Source: Octopus sinensis (taxonomy: Eukaryota). Taken from it: 64,000 nt of DNA. Made by a program: the position numbers and the translations under genes. The notes beneath the pieces are model-generated. The model saw only the letters and a list, made by a program, of their open reading frames with translations. It made no database searches and was not told the DNA's origin. This document shows, piece by piece, positions 26,215 to 38,700 of the stretch; the first letter of the stretch is position 1, and each line of letters opens with the position of its first letter. The stretch is taken from the NCBI RefSeq assembly GCF_006345805.1, contig NC_043004.1, positions 97,030,001 to 97,094,000 of the forward strand. The letters run 5' to 3'.

Positions 26215-26672
26215 TGGCACAAGACCAGCAACGTCTGGGAAGGATAAAATGACTGGTTACATTGACTACAGTACTCCACAGGTATTTATTTTATCAACTT
26301 CGAAAGGATAAAAAGCAACGTCGACCTCGGCGGAATTTCAACTCAGAACGTAGAAACGGACGAAGTGACGCTAAGTATTTTCCCCGGCGTACCAATGTTT
26401 CTTATTTCTTTACTGCTCACAAGGGGTCTACACACAGAGGGGACAAACAAGAACAGACAAACGGATTAAATCGATTATATCGACCCCAGCGCAGAACTGG
26501 TACTTATTTAATTGACCCCAAAAGGATGAAAGGCAAAGTCGACCTCGGCGGAATTTGAACTCAGAGCGTAGCGGCAGACCAAATATCGCTAAGCATTTCG
26601 TCCGGCGTGCTAACGTTTCTGCCAGCTCGCCGCCGTAACATTGGCGTACCAATGTTTCTGCCAGATCGTTGC
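26215..26672 (-). mobile_element. Family C SINE with a second family C copy (26402-26642) nested inside
   Basis: 16-bp TSD GGCGTACCAATGTTTC at 26386-26401 and 26643-26658; the host copy resumes after the insert. Confidence 0.9.
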
Positions 26673-26764
26673 CTTGTTCTGGTATAATATTGCACCCCGT
26701 AACTAAGTGTTTTGTGAAAAGAGACCGATAGAATAAGTACCAGGCTTTAGCAAAATAAGTACTG

Positions 26765-27113
26765 CCTTTAGTCGAGCAAATCGACCTTAGGACTTATTCT
26801 TTGTAAGCCCAGTACTTATTCTATCGGTGTCTTTTGCCGAACCGCTAAGTGATGGGGACGTAAACACACCAGCATCGGTTGTCAAGCAATGCTAGGGGGA
26901 CAAACACATACACACAAACACATACACACACATATATATATACATATATACAACAGGCTTCTTTCAGTTTCCATCTACCAAATCCACTCACAAGACATTG
27001 GTCGGCCCGGGGCTATAGCAGAAGACACTTGCCCAAGATGCCACGCAGTGGGACTGAACCCGGAACCATGTGGTTGGTTAGCAAGCTACTTACCACACAA
27101 CCACTCCTGCGCC
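26765..27113 (-). mobile_element. SINE family B (3'-clipped)
   Basis: Reverse complement of the family B consensus. Confidence 0.9.
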
Positions 27114-27231
27114 TATGAATAGAATATTTCAAACAAATAACCTTTCTCTAGATTTAAAAATCTGAACCAACATGATACTGATATAGTTGAGAGATCGTAT
27201 ACGAAGCGGTAAAAAGATAAGGATTCACTCC

Positions 27232-29047
27232 TTAATTATGCTGGGCTAGTAGAAGGACGTATAAGACTGAGCTGGAACATGTGCTCGAATTCAGCGCGGG
27301 CCTTCTTGAGCCTGTCTGGTGCTAATCTACGTGGACGAAAGAAAACGAGTGAACTAGTTGTAATAAAATATTGACTCGAGTGAACTGTCTGGGTAGGCTT
27401 AAATGAGAGATGTGTTAACTCGGGAAACGAGGCAAAAAAAAAAAATCTGGAACTGGCTACTGGCAGCAAGTACAAAAAGTGATTGACTGGGGAAAGCAGC
27501 GGTAGATTCACGTAGCAGGCGTAGATAAAGATGTGGTAGTGTCCACAAGTCTCTGTTTCCTGACATCTATCAGGAGTGAATAATAGTGTAAGAAGTCCGC
27601 GGTGAGAATAGGATGAGGCAGGTCGGCGATGACAAAAATACATTTGAAATCTCGACGCAAGTCAAGGTCTAGAGTTAAAGATATCTGACCGTAGGTTTTG
27701 ATGGGAGACTGGTTCACCTCGTATAGGGAAATACTGGATAACTGTGGCTTGTTAGAGCTGAACCGTAATGGCAAAATACTGCAACTTGATCCTGTATCGA
27801 TCATGGACAACCTGTTTGAGACTAGGTCCTTAATGAAAAAAGCACGATTAGCTGAAAAGTTGTGAGAGAGATCTGACGTGCCCAGGTTCTCTAGGTTCAG
27901 TTTTTCAACACTTTAAAAGCACAAGGTTTCTTACAATGACGTGCCTTGTCGGGAAAACGTGCGTGGTACGAACATACCGAAGAATTGTTGGTTGAAAAAC
28001 TGTTGCGTAGTTGAGAAGAGAAAGACTGGCTTCGCGAACGCCGTCTAACACGACAGAATCGAGCTATTTGGCGCGTTAAACCATTGATAGCCTTCAACAT
28101 GGCGTCTCCATTTTTAGTATCAGGATGTTGTTGAGAAGATGATGAAGCAATAACCGAATCAGCCGCGGTGGGTCTGTGAGAGAATTCCATTATCCTATCT
28201 GCAGATGAAGTGATTTGGTCTATAGAGCTGGTGTCAACCATAGTTGCCAATATCGTCTGTACATTAGTTAGTAAGCGGGGGAAAAAAATATTTTTACGAA
28301 GAAGCTGCCTTTAGGTGGATCGTCACTGAGTTCTCCGATCCGCCTAAGAAATCCCAAAGGAGTTCTCTCACCCAGGTTCTCATCCTGTAACAATGCACGG
28401 AATCGGCTTTCTGATTATTTAGAATTTCTGCGTAGTACTTCTGTTTTCAAAGAATCATAGGTCATGCCTTGTGGACGATCTGTGATGATATCTTAAACGG
28501 TGTCTGCTAAAATGGCGGGAATGCCACTAATAAGCACGTGTAGCTTTTGTTGAGCGGCTTGTATACCATGTGCTGCGAAGTATGAATCAAGCTGTGCAAA
28601 CCATAGCTTAGCATTACCTTGATAAACTGATACGGAAGTGTTACTTATGATTATGACACGCTTTTCCAGCGGAGCACAGGATGTTCACGTGTATGCTTGT
28701 TCAGTTGAATGGAGACGCATTATTTTATGACAAAGAACAGGCCTGATAAGTGGACTTTCTTCTTTGACGCGGAAGACACGAAATTATTTCAAAACTAGAA
28801 TATCAGAGGTGCTGGTAGAGTACTGTAGAAATTACCTTAAAGAGTGTAGCACGGCGTCGGTTTACCATGTGTTGCATATTCAAACGTCAAGTTCACCATT
28901 ATGTAGTAGCTAGCGTATTCAAAATTTGAGTTCACTATTTTGTAGCGGCTATCGTATTCTAACGTCAGGGTTACCATTTTGTAGTGATGTTAGTATGTGA
29001 GAACCTACAATTTTACAATTGCATGCGAGAACGAGGGTTCACCATCT
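27232..29047 (-). mobile_element. Truncated Gypsy (Mag-like) LTR retrotransposon internal region: gag, protease, start of RT
   Basis: gag WFAQLDSYF...LGERTPLGFLRRI (~28640-28300) and CSYHARFPDKARHCKKPCAF; protease MIDTGSSCSILP...ILTADFLHYY (27508-27810); RT start RPRRLAPDRLKKARAEFEHM...IRPSTSP, truncated at ~27236. Several stops and frameshifts. Confidence 0.92.
28878..28994 (-). repeat. Three tandem 39-bp units, each containing an LTR-end/PBS-like junction
   Basis: Units at 28878-28916, 28917-28955 and 28956-28994; minus strand CTACA-NAA-TGGTGAACTTGACGT and variants. Confidence 0.8.
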
Positions 29048-29717
29048 TGTACGTAAAACGACAGGAAAAATAAGAACTTGTGAGACGTTCCTAAAAAGTC
29101 ATAACATATTTATTACTGGACTAGCAGTATCGCCCAGCGTTGCTCGGGTTTGTAAGGGAAATAACTATATAAGCATTTTTAGAGAGTTATAGCCAAGAAA
29201 TAGCAAAAAAATGCATTAAATGTGGAAAACAAATTATGGAATTTTTTTTTTAAAATCGTTGACTCATCGTAGACATTTTTAGAGAGTTACTTCCCTTATA
29301 TAATAGCGAAAAAATGCATTTAAATAGAAAAAAATGATGGTAATTTTTTTTTTAAATCGTAGACTCATCGTAGACGCGCGCTAATACCCAGAATGGCTCG
29401 ATATGAATCACGACTATAAGATACCCGGTTTTGGTTAAACTGCACCGCAAAATGTGGGAGTAGTTAGGAATCTAAATCGTAGGAGACAGACACACAACTT
29501 CACTTTTATATATAAAGATGTAATGCGTTAACATATAAGAATGGTTTGAAAGAAAACGCTTGTAACATATTACGTGTTTGCAACCACATGTCTCAAAGCA
29601 AATGAGGCGAATATGTGCGCGCGTGCGGTTGTGTGTGCGAGTGGTGTGGCTCAATGCGAACGCCTAGGAACCGACAGGCAAAAAGACGCGCAAAATTAGA
29701 ATTGCATTCGCTTTACA
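29048..29717 (-). mobile_element. Candidate 5' LTR of the Gypsy element (TG...CA), interrupted by a Helitron
   Basis: Minus strand starts TGTAAAG (29717), has AATAAA near 29110, ends TACA (29048) followed by a PBS-like TGGTGAACCC. No second LTR is available to confirm. Confidence 0.4.
29121..29518 (-). mobile_element. Non-autonomous Helitron, family 1
   Basis: A|TC...CTAG|T termini, subterminal hairpin, inserted between A and T without a TSD. Confidence 0.85.
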
Positions 29718-29779
29718 TAAGGGATGAACCGGAAGTCACTGACTTCCACGTCACCCAGAAGTTAATTGAAAACTTCTAG

Positions 29780-30172
29780 GGCGCAGGAGTGGCTGTGTGG
29801 TAAGTAGCTTGCTAACCAACCATATGGTTCCGGGTTCAGTCCCACTGCGTGGCATTTTGGGCAAGTGTCTTCTGCTATAGCCCCGGGCCGACCAATGCCT
29901 TGTGAGTGGATTTGGTAGACGGAAACTGAAAGAAGCCTGTCGTATATATATGTATATATATATATGTGTGTGTCTGTGTTTGTCCCCCTAGCATTGCTTG
30001 ACAACCGATGCTGGTGTGTTTACGTCCCCATCACTTAGCGGTTCGGCAAAAGAGACCGATAGGATAAGTACTGGGCTTACAAAGAATAAGTCCCGAGGTC
30101 GATTTGCTCGACTAAAGGCGGTGCTCCAGAATGGCCGCAGTCAAATGACTGAAACAAGTAAAAGAGTAAAAG
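29780..30172 (+). mobile_element. SINE family B
   Basis: Full-length match to 22266-22678. Confidence 0.92.
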
Positions 30173-30731
30173 ATTAATATTCAAGAATTTTCGAGAAGAT
30201 CGAGGGAGATTACTCTCGTCAGACCCCTTTTTTGTTTCGCTTTCCTGTTTGACCGTCAGGGATCACTACGTTGCAAAAAGCGAGGTATTTCATTTCACCC
30301 TGTAGATTAACAAACCACACTTTTCCTTATGTGACGAAATATTTCTCTTTTACATGGTACTTATTTTTCTGGTACAATAATTGAATTTGGAGACAATAAT
30401 GTTTCCAGATAATATGTTCTCAGCTTGATATATACGAAAAAGATAAAATAGATTTCCAAACGTAATTAATTAACAAGCTATTAATCACCTTTTCCATCAC
30501 TAAATAATAAATCCATCATAAAGAACATCATTTATTTATTTATTACATATACATGCTCATCGAAAACTACATACACACACATATATATTCATATCTACAT
30601 ATCTAAATATTTTTAGATAAGTGTGTGTGTATGTGCATAGATATACATAGATAGACAGATGCATAAATATATATATACATACGTACATATATGTGCTTAC
30701 AAAAACAAGTTATATATATATATATATATAT

Positions 30732-30900
30732 AAAGGTAAAGTTTACGAAAATAAATAAAAGACGAAGGCAGGTGGTGTACAAACAAACAAATGTATTAGT
30801 ATACCGCTCAGGGATAGAAAAAGTCTTTTACGTTTCGAGCCTACGCTCTTCCACAGAAAGATACACAGAAAAAAGCAAGGAGAGAAAAAAAGGAGAGAAA
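30732..30900 (-). repeat. Hammerhead-like repeat, copy d (motif 30824-30861)
   Basis: TCTTT-CTGTGGA-A-GAGC-GTAG-GCTC-GAAA-CG-T-A-AAAGA. Confidence 0.85.
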
Positions 30901-31147
30901 TATATATATTTATATATATATATATGTTTTAACCATTTGGCTGGAACCATGCTAGATTTTAAGCTATTGCAGTGCTTGGCCCTGACATTAGATGGAATGA
31001 ACGGTAACCTTGGTACAATGCAATGGTGTCCAGTATAACACCCTATGCCAAAATAAGATACTAGTCCATCTAGAATTTTCCCGATGTAGATTATATATAT
31101 GTGTACGTTACACACGAACACACACACATACACACGTAGTGGCTATA

Positions 31148-31562
31148 GGCGCAGGAGTGACTGTGTGGTAAGTAGCTTGCTTACGAACCACAAGGTTCCC
31201 GGGTTCAATCCCACTGTGTGACATCTTGGGCAAGTGTTTTCTACTATAACCTCGGGCCGACCAAAGCCTTGTGAGTGGATTTGGTAGACGGAAACTGAAA
31301 GAGGTCAGTCATATATATATATGTACATATATATATATATTTATATATGAGCGTGTGTGTATCTGTGTTTGTCCCCCAGCATCGCTTGACAATCGATGCT
31401 TGTGTGTTCACGTCCCCGTAATTTAGCGGTGCGGCAAAAGACACCGAAAGAATAAGTACTAGGCTTACAAAGAATAAGTCACGGTGTTGATTTGCTCGAC
31501 TAAAGCCGGTGCTCCAGGAAGGCTGCAATCAAATGACTGACACAAATAAAATATTAAAAGAA
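31148..31562 (+). mobile_element. SINE family B
   Basis: Full length, somewhat diverged. Confidence 0.9.
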
Positions 31563-31721
31563 TATATATAGGACATTTAAACCTCTTACAGAGATATTTA
31601 TCAAAGATACATTGGTTTAAAATATATTTTGAAGAGATATTTCTTCAATGAATATATTATATAAAATATCGTAAAATAATGTTTTATATATATTCATATT
31701 TATTTTTTATTTCATTTATGC

Positions 31722-32003
31722 GCCCTTTTCCAGCATAACCAGGCTCATGGGTCCGGTTTCCCGGTTTCTGTGGTGTATGTGTCCCCCCCCCCCAGCTGGA
31801 CGAGACCCCAGTCCATCGCGGCGTTACTCAAGAAACAGGATGAGAGAGTGAGAGAAAGTTGGGGCAAAAGAGTATAACAGGGGTCGTCACCGCCCTATGC
31901 CGGAGCCTCGTGGAGTTTTAGGTGTTTTCGCCCAATTAACACCTGGGAATTAAAACCACGATCCTCCGACCACGAGTCCGATGCCCTAACCATTCCGCCT
32001 CCA
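31722..32003 (-). mobile_element. SINE with family A head and V-domain-like tail (H1+T3)
   Basis: Family A head and body joined to GTAACGCCGCGATGGACTGG...GTCCAGCTG (V-SINE-like) tail. Confidence 0.8.
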
Positions 32004-32035
32004 TATATATATATATATCTATATATGTGTGTGTG

Positions 32036-32066
<31 letters not shown>

Positions 32067-32559
32067 GTATATATATGTATGTATGTATATATATATATGT
32101 ATGTGTGTGTATGTATGTATGTATGTATGTATGTATGTACGTACGTGTGTGTATGCTTTCACAGAAATAAACAAAATCTTCACGAAATGAATCGGAATAA
32201 CAACAAAGCTAATACCCAAGTATCGATCTTTAACAAAATACTGTATGTTTTTCACTCTTTCACTTACTGATTGCATCTGCAAAGTGCAGGTTAGCTGGTC
32301 TCTTTGCTTGAAACTCTTAGATTTTCCTGATTGTCGCTTAGACAGTTACTAACATAACCAAGTGTACGAAAGATTATTGGCATAAATGTGAATTTTTATA
32401 AGTTTACAATCGGAGTAGTGGTGCTGCAGGTTTCCAAACAGTTAGCCTTCGATACTTTCTTTCTTGCTTTTGTCAGAAAAGATGTTCACGTGTACAGAGC
32501 AGCTATACGCTATGGTGCGTTGCTTTCGAGTCGAAAATAACTTTTCTGTGTATAACACA

Positions 32560-32961
32560 CTAGCAGTATCGCCCGGCGTTGCTCGGGTTTGTAAGGGAAA
32601 TAACTATATAAGCATTTTTAGAGATGTAAAGTATAATAGCCATCTCAATATGGCTAACCACAAAGGGGGGAAGGGGGTGTTACTGTAGCTTTTTACGTTC
32701 TGAGATTTAATAATAAATTTTTAGAGAGTTACCTCCCTTATATATGCCAAAAATGCATTAAAAATGGGAAAAATTGATGGTAAATTTTTTTTAAAATCTT
32801 AGACTCATCGTAGACGCGCGCTAATACCCAGAAGGGCTCGATATGAATCACGACTATAAGATACCCGGTTTTGGGTAAACTGCACCGCAAAATGTGGGAG
32901 TAGTTAGGAATCTAAATCGTAGGAGACAGACAGCACACAACCTCTCTTTTATATATAAAGA
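32560..32961 (-). mobile_element. Non-autonomous Helitron, family 1
   Basis: A|TC...CTAG|T termini, hairpin CCCGAGCAACGCCGGG; homologous to 29121-29518. Confidence 0.88.
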
Positions 32962-33099
32962 TTTGGCGGAATTTTTAAAGAGAATATTCCACCAAGAACC
33001 ATGGATATGTATTAGTATGTATGTAATCCATAGTGCTGATTATGTTTGTTCCAGGTCAGTTTTTTCCTTTTTTTTTGCAGGTGGCATTCTTATACGCTT

Positions 33100-33503
33100 T
33101 TACTCTTTTACTTATTTCAGTCATTTGACTGTGGCCATGCTGGAGTACATCCTTTAGTCGAGCAAATCGACCCTAGGACTTATTCTTTGTAAGCCTAGTA
33201 CTTATTCTATCGGCCTCTTTTGCCAAACCGCTAAGTTACTGGGACGCAAACACACCAGCATCGGTTGTCAAGCGATGTTGGATGACAAAGACACACAAAC
33301 ATATACACACAACATACATTCATACGAATATATATATATACGACGGGTTACTTTCAGTTTCCGTCTACCAAATCCACTCACAAGGCTTTGGTCGGTCCGA
33401 GGCTATAGGAGAAGACACTTGCTCAAGGTGCCACGCAATGGAACTGAACCCAGAACCATGTGGTTGGTAAGCAAGCTACTTATCACACAGCTACTTCTAC
33501 ACC
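33100..33503 (-). mobile_element. SINE family B
   Basis: Reverse complement of family B. Confidence 0.9.
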
Positions 33504-33700
33504 TATAATTTTTTTTTAAATCGGAGATAGGCGCAATCACAAAAATACAAGAGGTTTCCAATTTTAAAAATGTCGATTTCATGCACAAAATACTCGAAAA
33601 TAGAGTGGAAAAGCAGATGCAGATATTTTAATATAAGTTGAAAATAGTTGCATTCATGACGAAATTGTTAAAATAATTAAAATATGCGACAAAATATCAG

Positions 33701-33809
33701 TGCCCCGGGTGAGGTTCGAACTCACAACCTCCGCATTGCTCATCCGTGACTGGCACGGCGAAGATACTGTCTATAAGTACGGCGCGCTAACCGATTGTGC
33801 CACCGGGGC
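33701..33809 (-). tRNA. tRNA-Ile-TAT: tRNA-Ile (anticodon TAT) with 35-nt intron at 33737-33771
   Basis: Acceptor stem GCCCCGG/CCGGGGC, anticodon stem CCGTA/TGCGG with loop CT-TAT-A^A, T-arm GTGAG-TTCGAAC-CTCAC, 74 nt after splicing. Intron is at the canonical 37/38 position; T4 runs downstream; one D-stem mismatch. Confidence 0.93.
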
Positions 33810-34357
33810 AATAGATATGTAGTAATATGTATATAATCCATAGTGCTGATTATGTTTGTCCCAGGCAGTTTTTTTTGTTTTTAACGGATGGTATTGTATA
33901 TTGTATCGTATATTGTAACAATTTCCTGTCGCAATAGAAAGAAGTACATCGATGTAATTTTTGGGTCACTGCTAATTACATTTGTAATATCCTTCTCGAA
34001 AGAGTGATTGGGGGGGGGATCGATCGATATTCTGCTTATAAAATATTTCGTATCTATATACATACATGTAGATAGATATAGATGTATGTATGCCACCGTT
34101 GTTTCCCTTGCTCAATGATCTTGGCATCTGTGTGAGATAGGCGATTGTTTTGGGATTTCTGTCTGTTGGTTCTGTTCATATACTTGTCAGAGTACTTTCT
34201 CTGGCTCTTAGAAGTAAAGCATTCATTGTCCCAGGTATCTCCTGTGGGATAATTATGGGTATGTATGTTTGCAGATGACATGATGCACGCACAGGCTTTC
34301 GCGATGTGATGGGATTTACTGGTCACGAGTAATAAAAGAGCGGTTACATATTAATAC

Positions 34358-34915
34358 AGATTTCAAATTTTGGCACAAGGCCAACAATTTTGAGAGAGTG
34401 ATTACATCGACCCCGGTACTGAACTGGTACTTATTTTACTGACCCCGAGAGAATAAAAGGCACAGTCGACTTCGGCAGAATTTGAACAATGAATGTAAAG
34501 ACTGATGAAAATACCTATTTCTTTACTACTCACAAGGGGCTAAACACAGAGGGGACAAACAAGGACAGACAAACGGATTAAGTCGATTATATGGACCCCA
34601 GTGCGTAACTGCTACTTATTTAATCGTCCCTGAAAGGATGAAAGGCAAAGTCGACCTCGGTGGAATTTGAACTCAGAACTTAGCGGCAGAAGAAATACCG
34701 CAAAGCATTTCGCCCGGCGTGCTAACGTTTCTGCCAGCTCGCCGCCTAGCAATTCATACTAATATACGTTTCAAATTTTGGCACAATGCCAGTAATTTCA
34801 GGGAAGGGGATGAATTGTTTACATTGACCCCAGTGCTCATCTTGTACTTATCGAACCCGAAAGGACGAAAGGCAAAGTTGACCTCGGCAGAATTTGAACT
34901 CAGAACGTAATGACG
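34358..34915 (-). mobile_element. Three tandem or nested family C SINE copies
   Basis: Copies at ~34358-34510, 34511-34750 and 34770-34915. Confidence 0.85.
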
Positions 34916-35129
34916 TAGAGCAAACATATTCAGAGTACATAGATTCAAAAACTTAGATGGGAGAAGGCTTTATAAGTCCGACACCTGTTCGACTTGAGAT
35001 CATCGGAGTGTAAGCTCAAATCATTTGAGCGCTACTAAGTGCTTTCTATATTGAGGTTCTCTTCATCTCATCTATTGATTCTTTACCCTTTGCTCGACTG
35101 AGCGCTGCCTATACATCACATTCATGAAT

Positions 35130-35255
35130 TTAAAAATTCTTGGGCACATACAATACGATTATCCTAGTTCCACCTAAGGATCTCTATATGGAGCACTTAT
35201 TACAAAAAACAAATGACTTCATTACTCGAATGAGATGCAGGGGTCTCCATGCCCT
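35130..35255 (+). pseudogene. Penelope-like ORF N-terminal fragment
   Basis: ILVPPKDLYMEHLLQKTNDFITRMRCR resembles the IPxPxxxxY..LIxKxxxFIxRMRWK start of PLE ORFs. Confidence 0.55.
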
Positions 35256-35719
35256 CATGTCGATCAGCTGTCGGACTTGTAACGCCTTTTCCCTCTAATT
35301 CTTTGGGTCTATGCAATTTGAGTAAGTTTTTCTCTATTATATATATACATGGTTGTTTATCATCTGAACATTTTGCGTGTGCCTTCTCTTTTTACGTATG
35401 TATATATATTGTATATTGAAACCCAAGGTTTTATCGGTTTTGCTTGAATCATTGTCTCCATATCTGCTCACCTGGATTCCTCTTATAGCCACACTTGACC
35501 CTGCGGACTTGGTCTTTGGTGAAGATGTCGGAATGCAAGTTCAAATCATTTGGGCGCTACTAAGTGTTTTCCATATTGAAATTATCTTAATCTTCTCTAT
35601 TGACTCTGTCTATACATATATTCACACGCTTATATATACATACATACAAACATACATATATTTATATATGTAAGCATGTATGTATGCATGTAAATATGTG
35701 TGCATATGTAGTATATATA

Positions 35720-35787
<68 letters not shown>

Positions 35788-38700
35788 GTGTGTACAGCAA
35801 TAATATTTGTGATATGCTAACTTTTGTATTCGTTTCTTCTTTCGCAATTTCTTAAAATTTCATAATATATCATTCTATCATCCTAATATGCGTTTGTTTA
35901 ATTTCACGTGTGTTGTACATTTATGTGTCTGTGAGTAAATTTTGTACACTTTATTTCCTCAACGGTCATTTTAATTATAAACGTAAATGTCAATTAATTT
36001 GTCTGCATAGAGATATTAATAAATCAAGTTTTCATAATTGGAACTTGATAAATTTCCGTGAAAATACACACATAAACACAAACACAGAGATTGAATGAAT
36101 AATTATTCACACCGATACGTGTATGTATACATGTGTTGTAATATATGTATATATATGTGTGTATACACATAACAGGCGCACACACATATTTATGATATAC
36201 ATACATACATACACACGCAGATATATATGCATGTAAATAGATATATTACGTGTATATGTATGTAAAAGTGTAATGAAAGATATATTATGTGCTACTACTT
36301 CAGAGACAGGGAGAACTCAATACGATTTTAAGGTAAAAATATGTTATGAAAAACGGAAAGCTCAAAATCTTATAGTCATTAAATGTGAGCCTTTCCCTTA
36401 CAACATTCCATATATTAATATGAGGAGTATTTTACTGAGATAAAGACATTTGTGACACAAGCCTTCCAATTAACCTCGCACAAGTAGTTTTCGGTCTTTT
36501 TCCCCAAAGGTGTTTTCACTCAGTATATTACACGCAATCATCTATACCTATGTTCACATTGAGACATTTAAACTGGTTAATATATCTATGTGTGTGTGTT
36601 TGTGTGTATATAAAGAGAGATGTGGAGGGAGGAAAATAAGTGTGGCATATGTGTGTAGCTAAGAAATTCATTTCAAACTTAATCGGTTCAGGCTGCTAAT
36701 AGGAAGGGATCCGACCATAGAAATATTATCTTAGTAAGTTTCGTCTGACCCATGCCGGCATGGGATGGAAATATCATCCAAATCTCAGTTAGTTTGTATA
36801 AAAAAATCATTACTCTTCTTGGTGGACTTCATCTCACTTGCACATGCGATGTCTGTATGTAAATATGAGACTGAGATACTGGTGGCAACTTAGGTTTATA
36901 GAAATCTATGATACACAGTTTTGATTCTCAAGAATTATTACGATAGTATAAGTTTAAGACTAGCTTCAGCTCTTCCTAGTGTCTAAGGAATTGTTGTAAG
37001 GTTGCTAGGTGTTGGTCCCTGGACTGTCCAGAAAGATTTGTACATTTGAGTGTTGGTGTATGAGTGGTTGAGAGTAGGTTGTTAAGGAAAGTGAAAGAAA
37101 AATGCTGTTAGTGGAATGTCAAAAGGATTTTTCCATATTGTTAAGCCTAGATAGCGCTAGGTATAAGAGTTTTACGGTATAAGAGTGTTCAGGTGTTAGA
37201 GATGTCCGTATATTAGAACTGTTGTGTAATGGAGAATAAGTGCATGGAAATTTGTAGAAAGAATACAGGTAAAGAATAATGTGCCTAGTTGATAATCAGT
37301 GACTCAAAATGCTTTGTGACTTGAAGTGTTCTGGATTTTTAAATGATTGCTTGAGTATGGCACCCAAGCATAAATTCTTTATCCATTACATCTATGACAG
37401 TTAATGCATATAGCATGAAAGTAGTTTTATATACATTTCATATACTATACAGTAAATGCATTCGGAATTTCTTTTATTGTTAAAAACGTTTGCTTGTTTC
37501 CTGGTTATCAGTTCTTATACTGGCAGATGCTCCTTACAATGCCGATGGATCCTATCAACGAACATGAGTTCTTCAAGTTCTTCATGTTTTACTTTATGCT
37601 TTTTCGCTCTATGTTTCATTAAATTCTGTTCACCTTCAACAATATGTGTGTGTACACATATACAGTTCACTTATTTTCCAAGGTTAAGCAGATAATAAGC
37701 AGCAGCAGTAGAGCGAGAAAACACAAAGACGACGACGGGTTAAGGATTTTCATGACCTTGCATACTCGCCAAAAGAACTTTTGCCACCCTCATATAAAAC
37801 TTACCAAGCATTTTCTGCATATACATCCAAATTCTTGCTACGCGACGCCAGTGTCCTTAAGTGCCTAGAGCAGTGAATAAACATATATCCAATATCTGCT
37901 GCATTTAAGTAAAAACATTTCAGAGGACTGAGTAGAAGTATAACCAAGTATCCATCCACAGCTACATCGAAAATACAAAAGCGTACACTAGTTTACCAAC
38001 AGTAAGTAAGAGATTTTGTGTAGGGGTCTGGCTAATGAGAAATTGCAGTTAAATATGCCTCAAATCAATACTATTTTAAAAAGAAGTTACGTTGGTGTAT
38101 GGGGCCTTAGGGCTCTTGAAATTTGAAAAGGACGGGATAATTACGACTGGAAAGCCTTTAATCCTATGCCGGTTCAATTGCAGTTATACTTGGGCTAAAC
38201 AGTAATGACATCAAAAAACCGATCCAGTGAGTAAAACGCCATCTGTTCCAATCCAATGTTCAACAAGAATCTTATGGGATGCGCAGCAAATTAATTCTTC
38301 TCTTTAATCAGCAAACACTTTCATAATTAATAGTAACAATATAAATGTCAGTTATACTGCAATGATGTCTATGAGATAAATCATTTCCTTGAATAACTAC
38401 AGAATTCTTCAGCACAATACAAACCAACCGAAGAAATAAATGTAAAGATAAAAGTAGCTGCTGAAACATTGAGTCGTATCACTTGGATAATCAGTATATG
38501 AGTAGCTGCAAAATGTATCAGGCCCTTAAAACTTAAAATAGTATTAATAATTTTATCTTACAACGACTTGGCAGCAAGCTCATTGAAGAGCTGTACATGT
38601 CACAACACAAGACTTTTCAAAACGCAATTTCAAAGAAAATGCGTCTAAACACATCTAGAAGAAAAAAACCACAAGAGTGAGGCTACTGATATCACATGAT

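Noticed and set aside
37480-37620. Minus-strand KHEELEELMF...HLPV resembling a pogo/Tigger CENP-B HTH
   Set aside because: Too short and degenerate, with no TIR or DDE region nearby.
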